Below are positions 35,250 to 44,772 of a stretch of DNA of 64,000 nucleotides, one piece after another. A program made the translations under genes and the position numbers. The stretch covers positions 971-64,970 of the forward strand of contig JASLXV010000033.1 in NCBI GenBank assembly GCA_030740155.1. The letters are read 5' to 3'. Source of the DNA: Dehalococcoidia bacterium (lineage in GTDB: Bacteria > Chloroflexota > Dehalococcoidia > Lucifugimonadales > UBA3495). The number at the start of each line of letters is the position of its first letter. Within the stretch, counting starts at the first letter, position 1. The notes beneath the pieces are model-generated. The model made no database searches, had not been told where the DNA came from, and worked only from the letters and a program-made list of their open reading frames with translations.

Positions 35250-36536
35250 TCAGGCCGAAGCCTTGAGCGCCGCCTCGGCGGACCCGATGGTCTGGTCGAT
35301 GTTGGCCTCGGTGTGGGCCACCGAGACGAATCCCGCCTCGAACTGGGAGGGAGCGGTGTAGACGCCCCTTTCCAGCAGGGCGTGGAAGTACCGGCCGTGC
35401 CGGGCCGCGTCCGACTTCTCCACCTGGGCCAGCGTTTGCACCGGCCCCGGGTTGAAGAAGCCGGTGAACATGGAGCCGACCCGGTTGATGGTAGAGGGCA
35501 CCTCAAGGCGGCCGAACACCTCGGACAAACCCCCGGTGAGCCTGCCCGCCAGGGATTCGAGTCCTTCGTAGACGCCGGGGCGCTGCAGCTCCTTGAGCGC
35601 CGCCGTTCCAGCGGCCACGGCCAGGGGATTGCCGGACAGCGTGCCCGCCTGGTACATGGGGCCCAGGGGAGCGACCACCTCCATGATGTCCCGCCGCCCA
35701 CCGTAGGCGCCCACCGGCAGGCCCCCGCCGATGATCTTGCCCAGGCAGGTGATGTCGGGCGCGATGCCGTAGAGACCCTGGGCGCCGCCGTAGGAGACGC
35801 GGAACCCGGTAATCACTTCGTCGAAGATGAGCAACGCCCCGTGTTGGGACGTCATTCTCCGCAATCCGTCCAGGAATCCGTCCGACGGCAGCACCACCCC
35901 CATGTTGCCCGCCACCGGCTCCACGATAATCCCGGCGATATCCGTTGGATAGGCGGCAAACAGCCGCTCCACCGAGGCCAGGTCGTTGTAGTCGGCCAGC
36001 AGCGTCTCGGTGGCGTAGGAGGCGGGGACCCCGGCACTGGTGGGCACCCCGTGGGTCAACGCCCCGGAGCCGGCCTTGACCAGCAGGCCGTCGGCGTGGC
36101 CGTGATAGCAGCCGGAGAACTTGATCACCTTGTCGCGGCCGGTGAAGGCCCGGGCCATGCGGATGGCGCTCATGCAGGCCTCGGTGCCGGAGCTGACCAG
36201 CCGCACCATGTCCACCGAGGGCAACGCCTCGCAGATGAGCCGGGCCAGTTCGACTTCCTGCTCCACCGGCGCGCCGAAGCTGGTGCCCCCCCCGGCGGCC
36301 TTTTTAACGGCGTCGACCACCGCCGGGTGGGCGTGGCCCAGCACCAGGGGGCCCCAGGAGCCCAGATAGTCGATGTACTCGTTGCCGTCCACGTCCCAGA
36401 CCCGGTCGCCCTGGGCCCGGTCGATGAAGGGAGGGGTCCCGCCCACGGCGCGGAAGGACCGCACCGGGCTGTTGACCCCGCCGGGGATGTACTTCTGGGC
36501 TTGTGAAAAGAGTTCTTCTGACCTGGAAAGATTCAT
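35250..36536 (-). CDS. hemL: Glutamate-1-semialdehyde 2,1-aminomutase
   Basis: Full-length class III aminotransferase with HemL motifs ([18 protein letters not shown]). Start set at ATG 36536. Confidence 0.9.
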   Translation of the reverse strand: MNLSRSEELFSQAQKYIPGGVNSPVRSFRAVGGTPPFIDRAQGDRVWDVDGNEYIDYLGSWGPLVLGHAHPAVVDAVKKAAGGGTSFGAPVEQEVELARLICEALPSVDMVRLVSSGTEACMSAIRMARAFTGRDKVIKFSGCYHGHADGLLVKAGSGALTHGVPTSAGVPASYATETLLADYNDLASVERLFAAYPTDIAGIIVEPVAGNMGVVLPSDGFLDGLRRMTSQHGALLIFDEVITGFRVSYGGAQGLYGIAPDITCLGKIIGGGLPVGAYGGRRDIMEVVAPLGPMYQAGTLSGNPLAVAAGTAALKELQRPGVYEGLESLAGRLTGGLSEVFGRLEVPSTINRVGSMFTGFFNPGPVQTLAQVEKSDAARHGRYFHALLERGVYTAPSQFEAGFVSVAHTEANIDQTIGSAEAALKASA

Positions 36537-36615
36537 AGACCGACCTTCAAGCAAATATCGTTTTCACCCCGTCTCGTTGACGGGGGGTAGTTCAGATTGG
36601 GGTGAGCGACGGAGG

Positions 36616-37599
36616 CTATTCTATCTCTTTTAGCCAGCGGGCGGCTTCTTTGGCGTGGTAGCTCAAGATGATGTCGGCGCCGGCCCGTTTGATGGAGGTC
36701 AATAGCTCCATGGTCACCATCTTTTCGTCGACCCAGCCCTGGCGGGCCGCCGCCTTGACCATCGAATACTCACCGCTGACATTGTAGGCGGCCAGGGGCA
36801 GGTCGAAACGCTCCCGCGCCTGGCGGATGATGTCCAGATAGGAAAGCGCCGGCTTGACCATGACGATGTCGGCGCCCTCGGCGATGTCGCTCTCTATCTC
36901 CCGCATCGCCATGCGGACGTTGGCCGGGTCCATCTGATAGCTGCGACGGTCGCCGAATTGGGGCGTGGAATCGGCGGCCACCCGGAAGGGCCCATAGAAG
37001 GCGGAAGCGTATTTGGCGGCGTACCCCATGATGGGCGTATCGGTGTACCCTTGATCGTTCAGTGCCTGCCGTATCGCCCAGACCTGCCCGTCCATCATGG
37101 CGGAAGGGGCGACCAGGTCGGCCCCCGCCTGGACGTGGGAGACGGCGGACCGGGCCAGCAGGTCCAGGGTCTTGTCGTTGTCCACCCGGCCATTTTCGAT
37201 GACGCCGCAATGGCCGTGGTCGGTGTACTCGCAAACGCAAACGTCGGTGATCACATGCATGTCGGGCACGGTCCGCTTGATGGCCCGGATCGCCTCCTGA
37301 ACGATGCCCTCCGGGTCATACCCCTCGGTTCCCAGAGGGTCCTTCTCCGCGGGCAGCCCAAAGAGGAGAACCGACGGAATGCCCAGCTCGGCCACTTCAC
37401 CAACCTCCCCGGTCAACTGGTCCAGGGAGAAATGGTAGCAGCCCGGCATGGGCTCGATGGGCTCGCGCACTCCGTTGCCGTGGGTGACGAACATGGGGTA
37501 GACGAACTGGGCCGGGGAGAGGCGGGTCTCCCGGATCATGTTTCTCAACGGTTCCTGTCCCCGCAGGCGGCGGAGCCGCAGCTCCGGAAAGCTAACCAT
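36616..37599 (-). CDS. hemB: Porphobilinogen synthase
   Basis: RLRRLR N-terminus, the Cys-rich zinc site DVCVCEYTDHGHCG, and VKPAL with the active-site Lys. Confidence 0.9.
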   Translation of the reverse strand: MVSFPELRLRRLRGQEPLRNMIRETRLSPAQFVYPMFVTHGNGVREPIEPMPGCYHFSLDQLTGEVGEVAELGIPSVLLFGLPAEKDPLGTEGYDPEGIVQEAIRAIKRTVPDMHVITDVCVCEYTDHGHCGVIENGRVDNDKTLDLLARSAVSHVQAGADLVAPSAMMDGQVWAIRQALNDQGYTDTPIMGYAAKYASAFYGPFRVAADSTPQFGDRRSYQMDPANVRMAMREIESDIAEGADIVMVKPALSYLDIIRQARERFDLPLAAYNVSGEYSMVKAAARQGWVDEKMVTMELLTSIKRAGADIILSYHAKEAARWLKEIE

Positions 37600-37645
37600 G
37601 GGTCCCTCCGATTTCGTAAGGGCTGCCGGGGACCCCCTCTCTTAT

Positions 37646-37701
37646 CTCCCCCTTCGTAAGGGGGAGAGGACCAGTTCCTTCCCCATTACGAAGGGGGAAG
37701 G
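37646..37701. repeat. Two REP-like hairpins of the CCCCCTTCGTAAGGGGG family in opposite orientation, with a TAGGATGGGG tail
   Basis: CTCCCCCTTCGTAAGGGGGAG (37646-37666) and CCTTCCCCATTACGAAGGGGGAAGG (37677-37701), followed by GTAGGATGGGGG. Confidence 0.75.
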
Positions 37702-37713
37702 GTAGGATGGGGG

Positions 37714-39243
37714 TTACCCCGCACTAAACCCACTTCCAAAGTGTTGGACGAGCGCTTCGACCAGCCCTTCGACGGTATGGCGCTCGGCCACCAGGTCGAC
37801 ATGCAAGCCCAACTCGCGGGCCGTGGCCGCGGTCGTCGGGCCGATGCACGCTATTATACTGGATTTCAGACCCGATCCGTCGCCGTCCAGCGCTTCCAGC
37901 AGGTTGCGCACCGTGGAGGAACTGGTGAAGGTCACCACGTCCAGCCGCTGGTCCAGGGCCTCCCGGGCCAGGGCGCCTATGTTCTCCGGAGTGACGGTGC
38001 GGTAGGCGGCCACTCGCTCCACCCTGGCGCCGAAACCGGCCAGTCCCCGGGCCAGTGCGTTCCGGCCGATATCGGCCGTTGGAAGGAAAACCGGCACGTT
38101 CGTCCAGTCGCGGCCCGAAAGCTCCTCCAGCACCGCCTCCGATACCGACCTGGCGGGCACGAAGTCGGCGATGAGGCCGTGACGCAGCAGCGCTTCGGCC
38201 GTAGCCGGTCCGATCGCTCCGATCAGCGCGTTCCCGAAGGCTCGGGCGTCCCGGCGGGTTTCACCCCGTTCCAGGCGGCCGAATACCGCCTCCACCGCGT
38301 TGATGCTGGCAAAAAACACCCAGCGAAAGTCGCCGAGCCGGGCCAACGTGGCGTCCAACTCGGCGTAATCGTCCAAGGGGGCCGTCTGAATAGTGGCTAG
38401 TTCCACCGGCTGGGCGCCCAGGTCCGCCAGCAGGCCCCGCAGCCTGGACGCCTGGGTCCGCGACCGGGTGATCAAGACCCTCTTGCCGAACAAGGGGCGG
38501 CGGTCGAACCAGCGGAGCTGCTCCCGCAGCTCCACCACCTTCCCGATGACGGCGATGACCGGCGGCTCCAGCCCGGCCTCCCGGCCGCGGGCGAGGATGT
38601 TGTCCAGGCGGCCGGTGACGGCAACCTGCCGCGGCCAGGTGCCCCAATGGACCAGGGCCACCGGCGTGTCCTCCGGCATCCCGTGGCGGTGGAGGGTGGC
38701 CAGGATGGATTCCAGCCCGGCCCAGCCCATCAGCACTACCAGAGTGCCGCCGACCCGAGCCAGGGCCTCCCAAGAAACGGTCGATTCCGGCTTCGACGGG
38801 TCCTCGCTGCCGCTGATCACGGTGAACGTCGTGGCAATGCCGCGGTGGGTGATGGGAATGCCGGCGTAGGCCGCCGCGCCAATGGGCGACGTTACTCCGG
38901 GGACAATCTCAAAGGTGATGCCGTGCTCGATCAGGGCCAGGGCTTCCTCACCGCCCCGGCCGAAGACGAAGGGGTCGCCGCCCTTGAGGCGCACCACATC
39001 CAGTCCGGCGAGGGCCCGGTCGACCAACACCTGGTTGATCTGCTCCTGGGTCAGGGCCTGCCTGCCCCGCTCCTTGCCCACGAACACCCGCTCCGCCGAA
39101 TCCGGGGCCGCCTGGAGGAGCGACGGGTCCAGCAGGCGGTCGTAGACCACCACCTGGGCCGATTCCAGGCATCGCAGCCCCTTTACAGTGAGCAGCCCCG
39201 GGTCGCCTGGGCCGGCGCCCACCAGGTAAACTCTACCGGGCAT
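37714..39243 (-). CDS. cobA-hemD: Fused uroporphyrinogen-III C-methyltransferase / uroporphyrinogen-III synthase
   Basis: N-terminal SUMT (VYLVGAGPGDPGLLTVKG) followed by a HemD-like C-terminal half of about 250 aa. Confidence 0.85.
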   Translation of the reverse strand: MPGRVYLVGAGPGDPGLLTVKGLRCLESAQVVVYDRLLDPSLLQAAPDSAERVFVGKERGRQALTQEQINQVLVDRALAGLDVVRLKGGDPFVFGRGGEEALALIEHGITFEIVPGVTSPIGAAAYAGIPITHRGIATTFTVISGSEDPSKPESTVSWEALARVGGTLVVLMGWAGLESILATLHRHGMPEDTPVALVHWGTWPRQVAVTGRLDNILARGREAGLEPPVIAVIGKVVELREQLRWFDRRPLFGKRVLITRSRTQASRLRGLLADLGAQPVELATIQTAPLDDYAELDATLARLGDFRWVFFASINAVEAVFGRLERGETRRDARAFGNALIGAIGPATAEALLRHGLIADFVPARSVSEAVLEELSGRDWTNVPVFLPTADIGRNALARGLAGFGARVERVAAYRTVTPENIGALAREALDQRLDVVTFTSSSTVRNLLEALDGDGSGLKSSIIACIGPTTAATARELGLHVDLVAERHTVEGLVEALVQHFGSGFSAG

Positions 39244-39267
39244 ATCCCTCGTCCCTCATCCCCCTGG

Positions 39268-39294
39268 CCCCCTTCTCCCGGAGGGAGACGGGGG
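39268..39294. repeat. GC-rich hairpin CCCCCTTCTCCC gga GGGAGACGGGGG
   Basis: Read directly. It is preceded by the string CCCCTGGCCCCC, which also occurs next to the pmbA intragenic element. Confidence 0.6.
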
Positions 39295-39361
39295 GAACCT
39301 TGGAGGATAGCAATTGCACTGGTTGTGACTTAGTGCTCCGCCAGCCCAGTTGCTGATAAAG

Positions 39362-39456
39362 GTCATTCCGGGCCCTTCGGCCAGGCTCAGGATAAACTCC
39401 GCGAAGGGTCTCGTTGTTGCGCCGAGGTTCCCCGTCGCTCCGCTTCCCGGAATGAG
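39362..39456. repeat. 95-bp element bounded by inverted GTCATTCCGGG / CCCGGAATGAG termini
   Basis: The termini were read directly. The interior contains CAGGATAAACTCCGCGAAGGGTCTC, a motif type common in REP/MITE-like repeats. Confidence 0.55.
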
Positions 39457-39529
39457 ATCCCGTATGAACCAATTTGACTAAGTACCGGGCAACGAAAAGC
39501 CCCGGCACCGCCGGTTGTTGGATCAAGCA

Positions 39530-40465
39530 CTAGCCCCGGGAATCCCCGTGCTCTTCCAGCAACGCTCCGGCGCCCTGTTGCAACAGGGACCGGTAGGCGT
39601 CGCCGACCAGCTTCGCCGAGTCGTGGGCCGGGCCCGCCGCTTCGGCCCGAAAGGCCTGTTCACCCTCCGGAGAGCCGAGGAACACGGTCATCAGCAACGA
39701 ATCGCCATCCCTCCGGGCGTAGGCACCGGCGGGCAACTGGCATCCGCCGCCCAGCATTTCCAGGAAGGCGCGCTCGGCGGTGACGGCGTCCCGGGTCTCC
39801 GCATGGTCGAGGGGCCGGACCAGCTCCAGCATCCGGTCATCGCCGGCCCGCACCTCCACTGCCAGGGCGCCCTGACCCGGTGGCGGCACGAACTGTTCGG
39901 GAGAAAGAAACTCGGCGATCTGCTCGGTTAGACCCAGCCGGATCAAGCCCGCCGCCGCCAGGATCGCGCCATCGCACTCTTCCCCTCGTGCCTTGCGGAG
40001 CCTGGTCTCGACGCTTCCCCGGATCGGCACGATGGTAACCTGGGGGCACAGGTTCTTGAGAAGGGCCTGCCGGCGGGGACTGCTGGTGCCGATGCGGGTC
40101 CCCTGGCGCAACTGGCCGAGGGAGCAGCTCCAGCGGTTGACCAGGATGTCTCGGGGGTCTTGCCGCTGCGGTAAGGCGCCGAGGACCAGCCCCGGCGGAA
40201 TGCTGGTCGGCAAGTCTTTGAGGCTGTGTATCGCCAGGTCCACCCGGCCATCGGCCAACTCCCGCTCCAACTCCGTGACGAAGACGCCCAGACCCATGCT
40301 GGCAAGGGGGGCCTGAGCATTGACGTCGCCGCGGGTATGCACCTCGGTGACCTGCAACGCCAGGTCTGGGTAGAGGGCTTGAAGCTGCGCCAGCACCTCC
40401 TCGGTTTGACGCAACGCCAGGGTGCTGCCCCGGCTTCCCAATCTTATGACCTTGTGTGAACCCAC
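39530..40465 (-). CDS. hemC: Hydroxymethylbilane synthase (porphobilinogen deaminase)
   Basis: IRLGSRGSTLALRQTE N-terminus and a full-length pattern. Start provisionally at GTG 40465. Confidence 0.85.
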   Translation of the reverse strand: MGSHKVIRLGSRGSTLALRQTEEVLAQLQALYPDLALQVTEVHTRGDVNAQAPLASMGLGVFVTELERELADGRVDLAIHSLKDLPTSIPPGLVLGALPQRQDPRDILVNRWSCSLGQLRQGTRIGTSSPRRQALLKNLCPQVTIVPIRGSVETRLRKARGEECDGAILAAAGLIRLGLTEQIAEFLSPEQFVPPPGQGALAVEVRAGDDRMLELVRPLDHAETRDAVTAERAFLEMLGGGCQLPAGAYARRDGDSLLMTVFLGSPEGEQAFRAEAAGPAHDSAKLVGDAYRSLLQQGAGALLEEHGDSRG

Positions 40466-40594
40466 TCCGCCCCAGGCGCCTCCATGGATGTATGAATGGA
40501 AGATTCCGGCCCCGGAGCCGGGGCCATTACCGCGGGACCATCCCTTTCCCACGATGGGGTTGCCGGCGTGCCGGCCAAACGTGGAGAAATAGGC

Positions 40595-41332
40595 TCAGCA
40601 CGCCGGTCCCCCGGGCTTGGCCGGGCAGCCTTCGGGCCGGCACCGGTCCACGTTGGGACAAAGGTCCGCTCTGCCTCCACCGGACACGTTGGCCGACGCG
40701 TCGGCGAGCAGGTCGGACATAAAGGCGGTCAGAGCTTCCTTTTCGCGCCCGGTTTGGGCCAGCTCCAGCAGATTCGGCGTGATGCAGCACTGCCACCGTT
40801 GAGGATCGACGGCCAGGCCCCGGTTTTTCACCTCTTGGCGCGCTCGAGACAACACTCCGGCCAGGTCGGTCCACTCCAGGGCCGGGCTGCCGGCCAGGGT
40901 TTCCCGCAGCTTCCTGGCCAGGGCCGGGCTGGTTCCGCCGGTGGATATGGCCAGGGTTACCGGACCGCGCTTCACGATGGAGGGGGCGATGAAGGTGCAC
41001 AGGGGCGTGTCGTCCACCACGTTGAGCAGCACACCCCGCTCTTCCGCCTCCTCGAATATCTGCAGGCTTACCGCGTGCACGTTGGTGGCGGCAACGCCTA
41101 TGAACGCTCCCGCCAGGTCCCCCGGCTGGTACTTCCGTTGGCGCCACTCCAACTCGCCCCTCTCGGCCGCGGCCTGAATGAAAGGGGTCGCATCGGGGCT
41201 GATGAGAGTGATTCTAGCCCCGGACTCCAGCAGCTTGGCGATCTTGCCCTCGGCCACGCCGCCGCCGCCGATGATGACGCACAGTTTGCCCTCGAGGTTG
41301 AGGTACACCGGATAGTAGATTGGCATGGTCAC
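40595..41332 (-). CDS. sirC: Precorrin-2 dehydrogenase / sirohydrochlorin ferrochelatase (SirC/CysG N-domain-like)
   Basis: YPVYLNLEGKLCVIIGGGGVAEGKI is a Rossmann start typical of the siroheme synthase N-domain. The start is GTG 41332 (GTGA overlap with ahbAB) or ATG 41326. Confidence 0.75.
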   Translation of the reverse strand: MTMPIYYPVYLNLEGKLCVIIGGGGVAEGKIAKLLESGARITLISPDATPFIQAAAERGELEWRQRKYQPGDLAGAFIGVAATNVHAVSLQIFEEAEERGVLLNVVDDTPLCTFIAPSIVKRGPVTLAISTGGTSPALARKLRETLAGSPALEWTDLAGVLSRARQEVKNRGLAVDPQRWQCCITPNLLELAQTGREKEALTAFMSDLLADASANVSGGGRADLCPNVDRCRPEGCPAKPGGPAC

Positions 41333-42426
41333 GCCCTGCGATTGCTGGTCCCCGGGGCCGGCGCTTTCCGCCTTCGGGCGCCGGTTGAAGCCTTCGCCCC
41401 AGATTCTTCAACGGGGTTTTCAACGGTGTTTTCAACGAAATAGCGCACCCGGGTCTTTTTGTACTCCCTGGTGCTGTAAAGGAACGCCCGCTCGGTGATC
41501 CCCGTGGCCTCGCCGATCTCGCGGCCAACCTTCTCGCAGCCTTCCGGAGAGGTCGCGTGGACCATCGTGAAATGGGTATAGGGCCAGTCGGGGAAAGTTG
41601 GGCGTTCGTAGCAGTGGGTGACGGCTGGATGTTGGGCCATGGCCGCGCCCACTTCTTCGGAACGCTCCGGCGGCACCTTCCAGACGATCATGGCGTTGGC
41701 GCGGAAGCCAGAGCGCCGGTGGTGAAGCACGGCGCTGTAGCGGCGCATAATCTTCCGCTCCTGGAATTCGACAGCCAGGGCCAGCAGCTCCGCCGTGGTC
41801 ATCCCCAGCCTCGTTGCCATGCCGTCGAAAGGCCGTTCGATCAGGTTCAGGTCTTCCTGTAGCTCTCGGATGGCCGCCTTGTCCGCCTCGGATAGGGGGA
41901 CCGGCTCGTTCCAGTCCTTATCCGGAGCACCGGCGGAGGCAGCCGGCGTGGAGATATCGGAAGACCCATTCTGCCCCACCATGTCGAAGGCGACCCCGAT
42001 CTTGAAAAACCGGATGGTCGGCAGGAGCCGGGCGTCGAGGGCCCCGGTGTCCCGGGCCATCCGTTCCACGGTGGCTTCAAGGTCGTGATCCGGGGGGACG
42101 GCCAGGGTGAACCACAGGTTGTAATAGGACCCTTCCCGGGCGTAGTTGTGGCTGACTCCCGGATGCCGGTTGATCCGGAGCGCCCCCTTGTGGAGCTTGT
42201 CCCGGTCGTGGGCCATGGCCACCAGGGTTGTCTTGTATCCGAGACGGCGGGTGTCGAAAATGGCGCTTATCTGCCGCACCACGTTTTGCCGCTTCAACTC
42301 GGTAAGCCGGTCGATTACTTCCTGCTCACCGATCTCCAGCGCCTCGCCCAGTTTCAGAAAAGGCCGGTCGGCGAGGGGGAAGGGCCCTTGGACCAGATTC
42401 AGTAGCTTACGGTCGGTCAAGTCCAT
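41329..42426 (-). CDS. ahbAB: Fused siroheme decarboxylase AhbA/AhbB (NirD/L-like, two Lrp/AsnC-type modules)
   Basis: There are two homologous halves. Each has an N-terminal wHTH (DRKLLNLVQ..FPL; DKAAIRELQEDLNL) followed by a ...GVSHNY / ...AVTHCYER core. Confidence 0.7.
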   Translation of the reverse strand: MDLTDRKLLNLVQGPFPLADRPFLKLGEALEIGEQEVIDRLTELKRQNVVRQISAIFDTRRLGYKTTLVAMAHDRDKLHKGALRINRHPGVSHNYAREGSYYNLWFTLAVPPDHDLEATVERMARDTGALDARLLPTIRFFKIGVAFDMVGQNGSSDISTPAASAGAPDKDWNEPVPLSEADKAAIRELQEDLNLIERPFDGMATRLGMTTAELLALAVEFQERKIMRRYSAVLHHRRSGFRANAMIVWKVPPERSEEVGAAMAQHPAVTHCYERPTFPDWPYTHFTMVHATSPEGCEKVGREIGEATGITERAFLYSTREYKKTRVRYFVENTVENPVEESGAKASTGARRRKAPAPGTSNRRA

Positions 42427-42950
42427 TGCTCTAGTCGAAACCTCCTCGATGATCCGCTCGGGAGGACCCAGGTTGCCGCGCTGCTCCGGAGTGCTCCGGT
42501 CGGAGCAGGTGCGCCTGATTAGACTCGATTACACCCATCGGCACTCGGCCGGCCAATGCCGGCATGATGGTCCGGGAAAAAGAAGGCCCCACGGTATGCC
42601 CGACGGTTTTAATGAGGGGCTTGCCTGAACCGGCCATCTCGGCCGCGTGCTCGCGGCCCGGCATGGAGAGCAGCCGGCGGAAGGGGGCTTGGCTCAGGTC
42701 CAAGAGGTGGCATGGGCCATTCAGGGGGAGCCGGCGAGTCGTATCGTCTGCCTGGAGGGCGTCCACGGAAATTCTGCTAAACCCTTGAATATTCTGGCGC
42801 AAGCTACGCGGAGTACAGCGAATGTGGCTTAATTGAGCCTAGCACAGAGGCCAGTTTGCGTCAACGGGAGCGCCCGGACGGGTTCGGGAGAGGCTGGGAC
42901 GCGGGGTCGTTGAGCGGCAAGCGGCATCGTGCTATAGTGGTTGTAAAGAA

Positions 42951-43616
42951 GTGCCGGGAGATATGGATAAAAACCTGATCAAATCCCGGAAGAGCCTTTT
43001 CAGTAGCCTGTGGCGCAATGTGCGTGCCGAATCGGTCATCCGGGCCATGGAACGAGTGCCCCGGGAGCGGTTCGTGCCCCCGGAAAGCCGGCACATGGCC
43101 TACCTGGACACGCCCCTGAGCATCGGCGAGGGCCAGACCATCTCCCAGCCCTACATCGTGGCCCTGATGGCTGCTGCCCTGGGCCTTCGTGGACGGGACC
43201 GGGTGCTTGAGGTTGGCACCGGGAGCGGCTACCAGGCGGCGATACTCTCTCTCCTCGTTCCCCAGGGACGGGTGGTTTCCGTGGAGTTGATTCCGGTTCT
43301 GGCCGAGCGGGCCAGGTGCCTTTTGAGGGAGATGGGTTACGGTAACGTCGAGGTGCAGGAGGCGGGTCCTACCATGGGCTGTCCCGGCCGGGCCCCCTTC
43401 GATGCGATTATCGTGGCCGCCGCCGCCCCAAGACTTCCCAAATCGCTGTTGTCCCAGCTTGCGCCCGGCGGCAGGCTGGTCATCCCGGTTGGGACGCTGG
43501 AGCAGCAAAACCTGGTGCAAGTCCTGCGCACCGACGAGGGGCTGTCGATCAGCATGCTGGGGCCGTGCCGGTTCGTGCCCCTGATCGGGTGGGAGGCCTT
43601 CCCCGCGCCCCAATGA
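42951..43616 (+). CDS. pcm: Protein-L-isoaspartate O-methyltransferase
   Basis: ISQPYIVA...LEVGTGSGYQAAIL...GRLVIPVG. The start is GTG 42951 or ATG 42963. Confidence 0.85.
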   Translation: MPGDMDKNLIKSRKSLFSSLWRNVRAESVIRAMERVPRERFVPPESRHMAYLDTPLSIGEGQTISQPYIVALMAAALGLRGRDRVLEVGTGSGYQAAILSLLVPQGRVVSVELIPVLAERARCLLREMGYGNVEVQEAGPTMGCPGRAPFDAIIVAAAAPRLPKSLLSQLAPGGRLVIPVGTLEQQNLVQVLRTDEGLSISMLGPCRFVPLIGWEAFPAPQ

Positions 43617-43923
43617 GGCCCGCCTCGCGGACGCTGGGGCGACAGATTAGATTTGATAATTCCCCTTCAGCCTCATCCTCGCGGTGGTCCAGCCTCAATT
43701 TCCCGTACTCGACGTGCCGGTAAACGTGCTCTACGCGGCTCCCGGCCTCAGGTCGAGCCGCGCCGGTCACCCTGGCAAGCCCCGTTCCCCTTGGCATTTG
43801 ACGTTGAAGCCCTCGGACCCTGGCACCTGCCGCCGCCCGGCGCGGCGCCCCCCCAAAGGCCCCGATATGCCGGCGGGTGGGATATGATACCGGGGAATTC
43901 GAGCAATACTGGAGCTGCAGGCG

Positions 43924-44730
43924 ATGGTTGAGCTAAACGAAGAGACCCAAGGCGAGTTGGAGCGGGCTGCCGAGGCTATCCTTGGCTCTAAACATCTGGT
44001 GGCGTTGGCTGGGGCCGGGCTTTCGGTGGAAAGCGGGATCCCGCCGTTTCGTGGCCCCGGCGGCCTCTGGACCAAGTACGGCGAACCGCCCATGCAGGGC
44101 TACCAGGAGTTTCTTCGTGACCCCCAGCTCTGGTGGGAGTCGCGGCTGCGCGATGAAGAGGAGCCGGACAACCCGGTGCACGAGTTGAAGCTAGCCTTGG
44201 AGGAGGCGTCGCCCAACGTCGGCCACTATTCCCTGGTCGACATGGAACAGATGGGACTGCTGAAGTGCACCGTGACCCAAAACGTGGACAACCTGCATCG
44301 CCGGGTGGGCAGCGAGGCACTCCTGGAGATTCACGGCAACCGCGCCTGGTTGCGGTGCATGGAATGCGGGGGCCGGCGCACTCGGGAGGGCTTCATCCTG
44401 GGAGACCTGCCGCCCCGGTGCCCGGACTGCGGCGGGATGGTCAAGATGGACACGGTGATGTTTGGAGAGCCGATTCCGCGGCAGGTGCTCCAGGATTGCT
44501 GGGAACAGGCGGAGCTGTGCGACTGTATGCTGCTCATTGGGACCTCGGGCTTGGTCACCCCCGCGGCCCGGCTCCCCGTGGTGGCGCAGGAAAGGGGAGC
44601 CACCTTGATTGAGGTCAACCCGCACCAGACTGCCCTCACCTCCGTGTGCGACATAACGCTGGCCGGCCCTTCGGGAGAGCTTTTGCCGCTGCTGGTGGAC
44701 CTAATCCGCCACGGCCAAGAGGGGGGTTAG
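43924..44730 (+). CDS. cobB: NAD-dependent protein deacylase, Sir2 family
   Basis: GAGLSVESGIPPFRG, QNVDNLH, and the zinc ribbon CxxC...CxxC. Confidence 0.85.
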   Translation: MVELNEETQGELERAAEAILGSKHLVALAGAGLSVESGIPPFRGPGGLWTKYGEPPMQGYQEFLRDPQLWWESRLRDEEEPDNPVHELKLALEEASPNVGHYSLVDMEQMGLLKCTVTQNVDNLHRRVGSEALLEIHGNRAWLRCMECGGRRTREGFILGDLPPRCPDCGGMVKMDTVMFGEPIPRQVLQDCWEQAELCDCMLLIGTSGLVTPAARLPVVAQERGATLIEVNPHQTALTSVCDITLAGPSGELLPLLVDLIRHGQEGG

Positions 44731-44772
44731 ACCGCACGCCGGAGGGATAGCCCAAGACCGGCGGCCGCCATG

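Noticed and set aside
42660-42710. SRP-RNA-like words (AGCAGCC, GGAAGG, CAGGTCC).
   Set aside because: The motifs are in the wrong order and spacing for domain IV of 4.5S/SRP RNA on either strand, and no flanking helix 8 pairing could be drawn.
43617-43923. ORFs 43653..43931, 43684..43887 and 43549..43797 in the pcm-Sir2 spacer.
   Set aside because: They are short, mutually overlapping and low-complexity, with no RBS or family signature.
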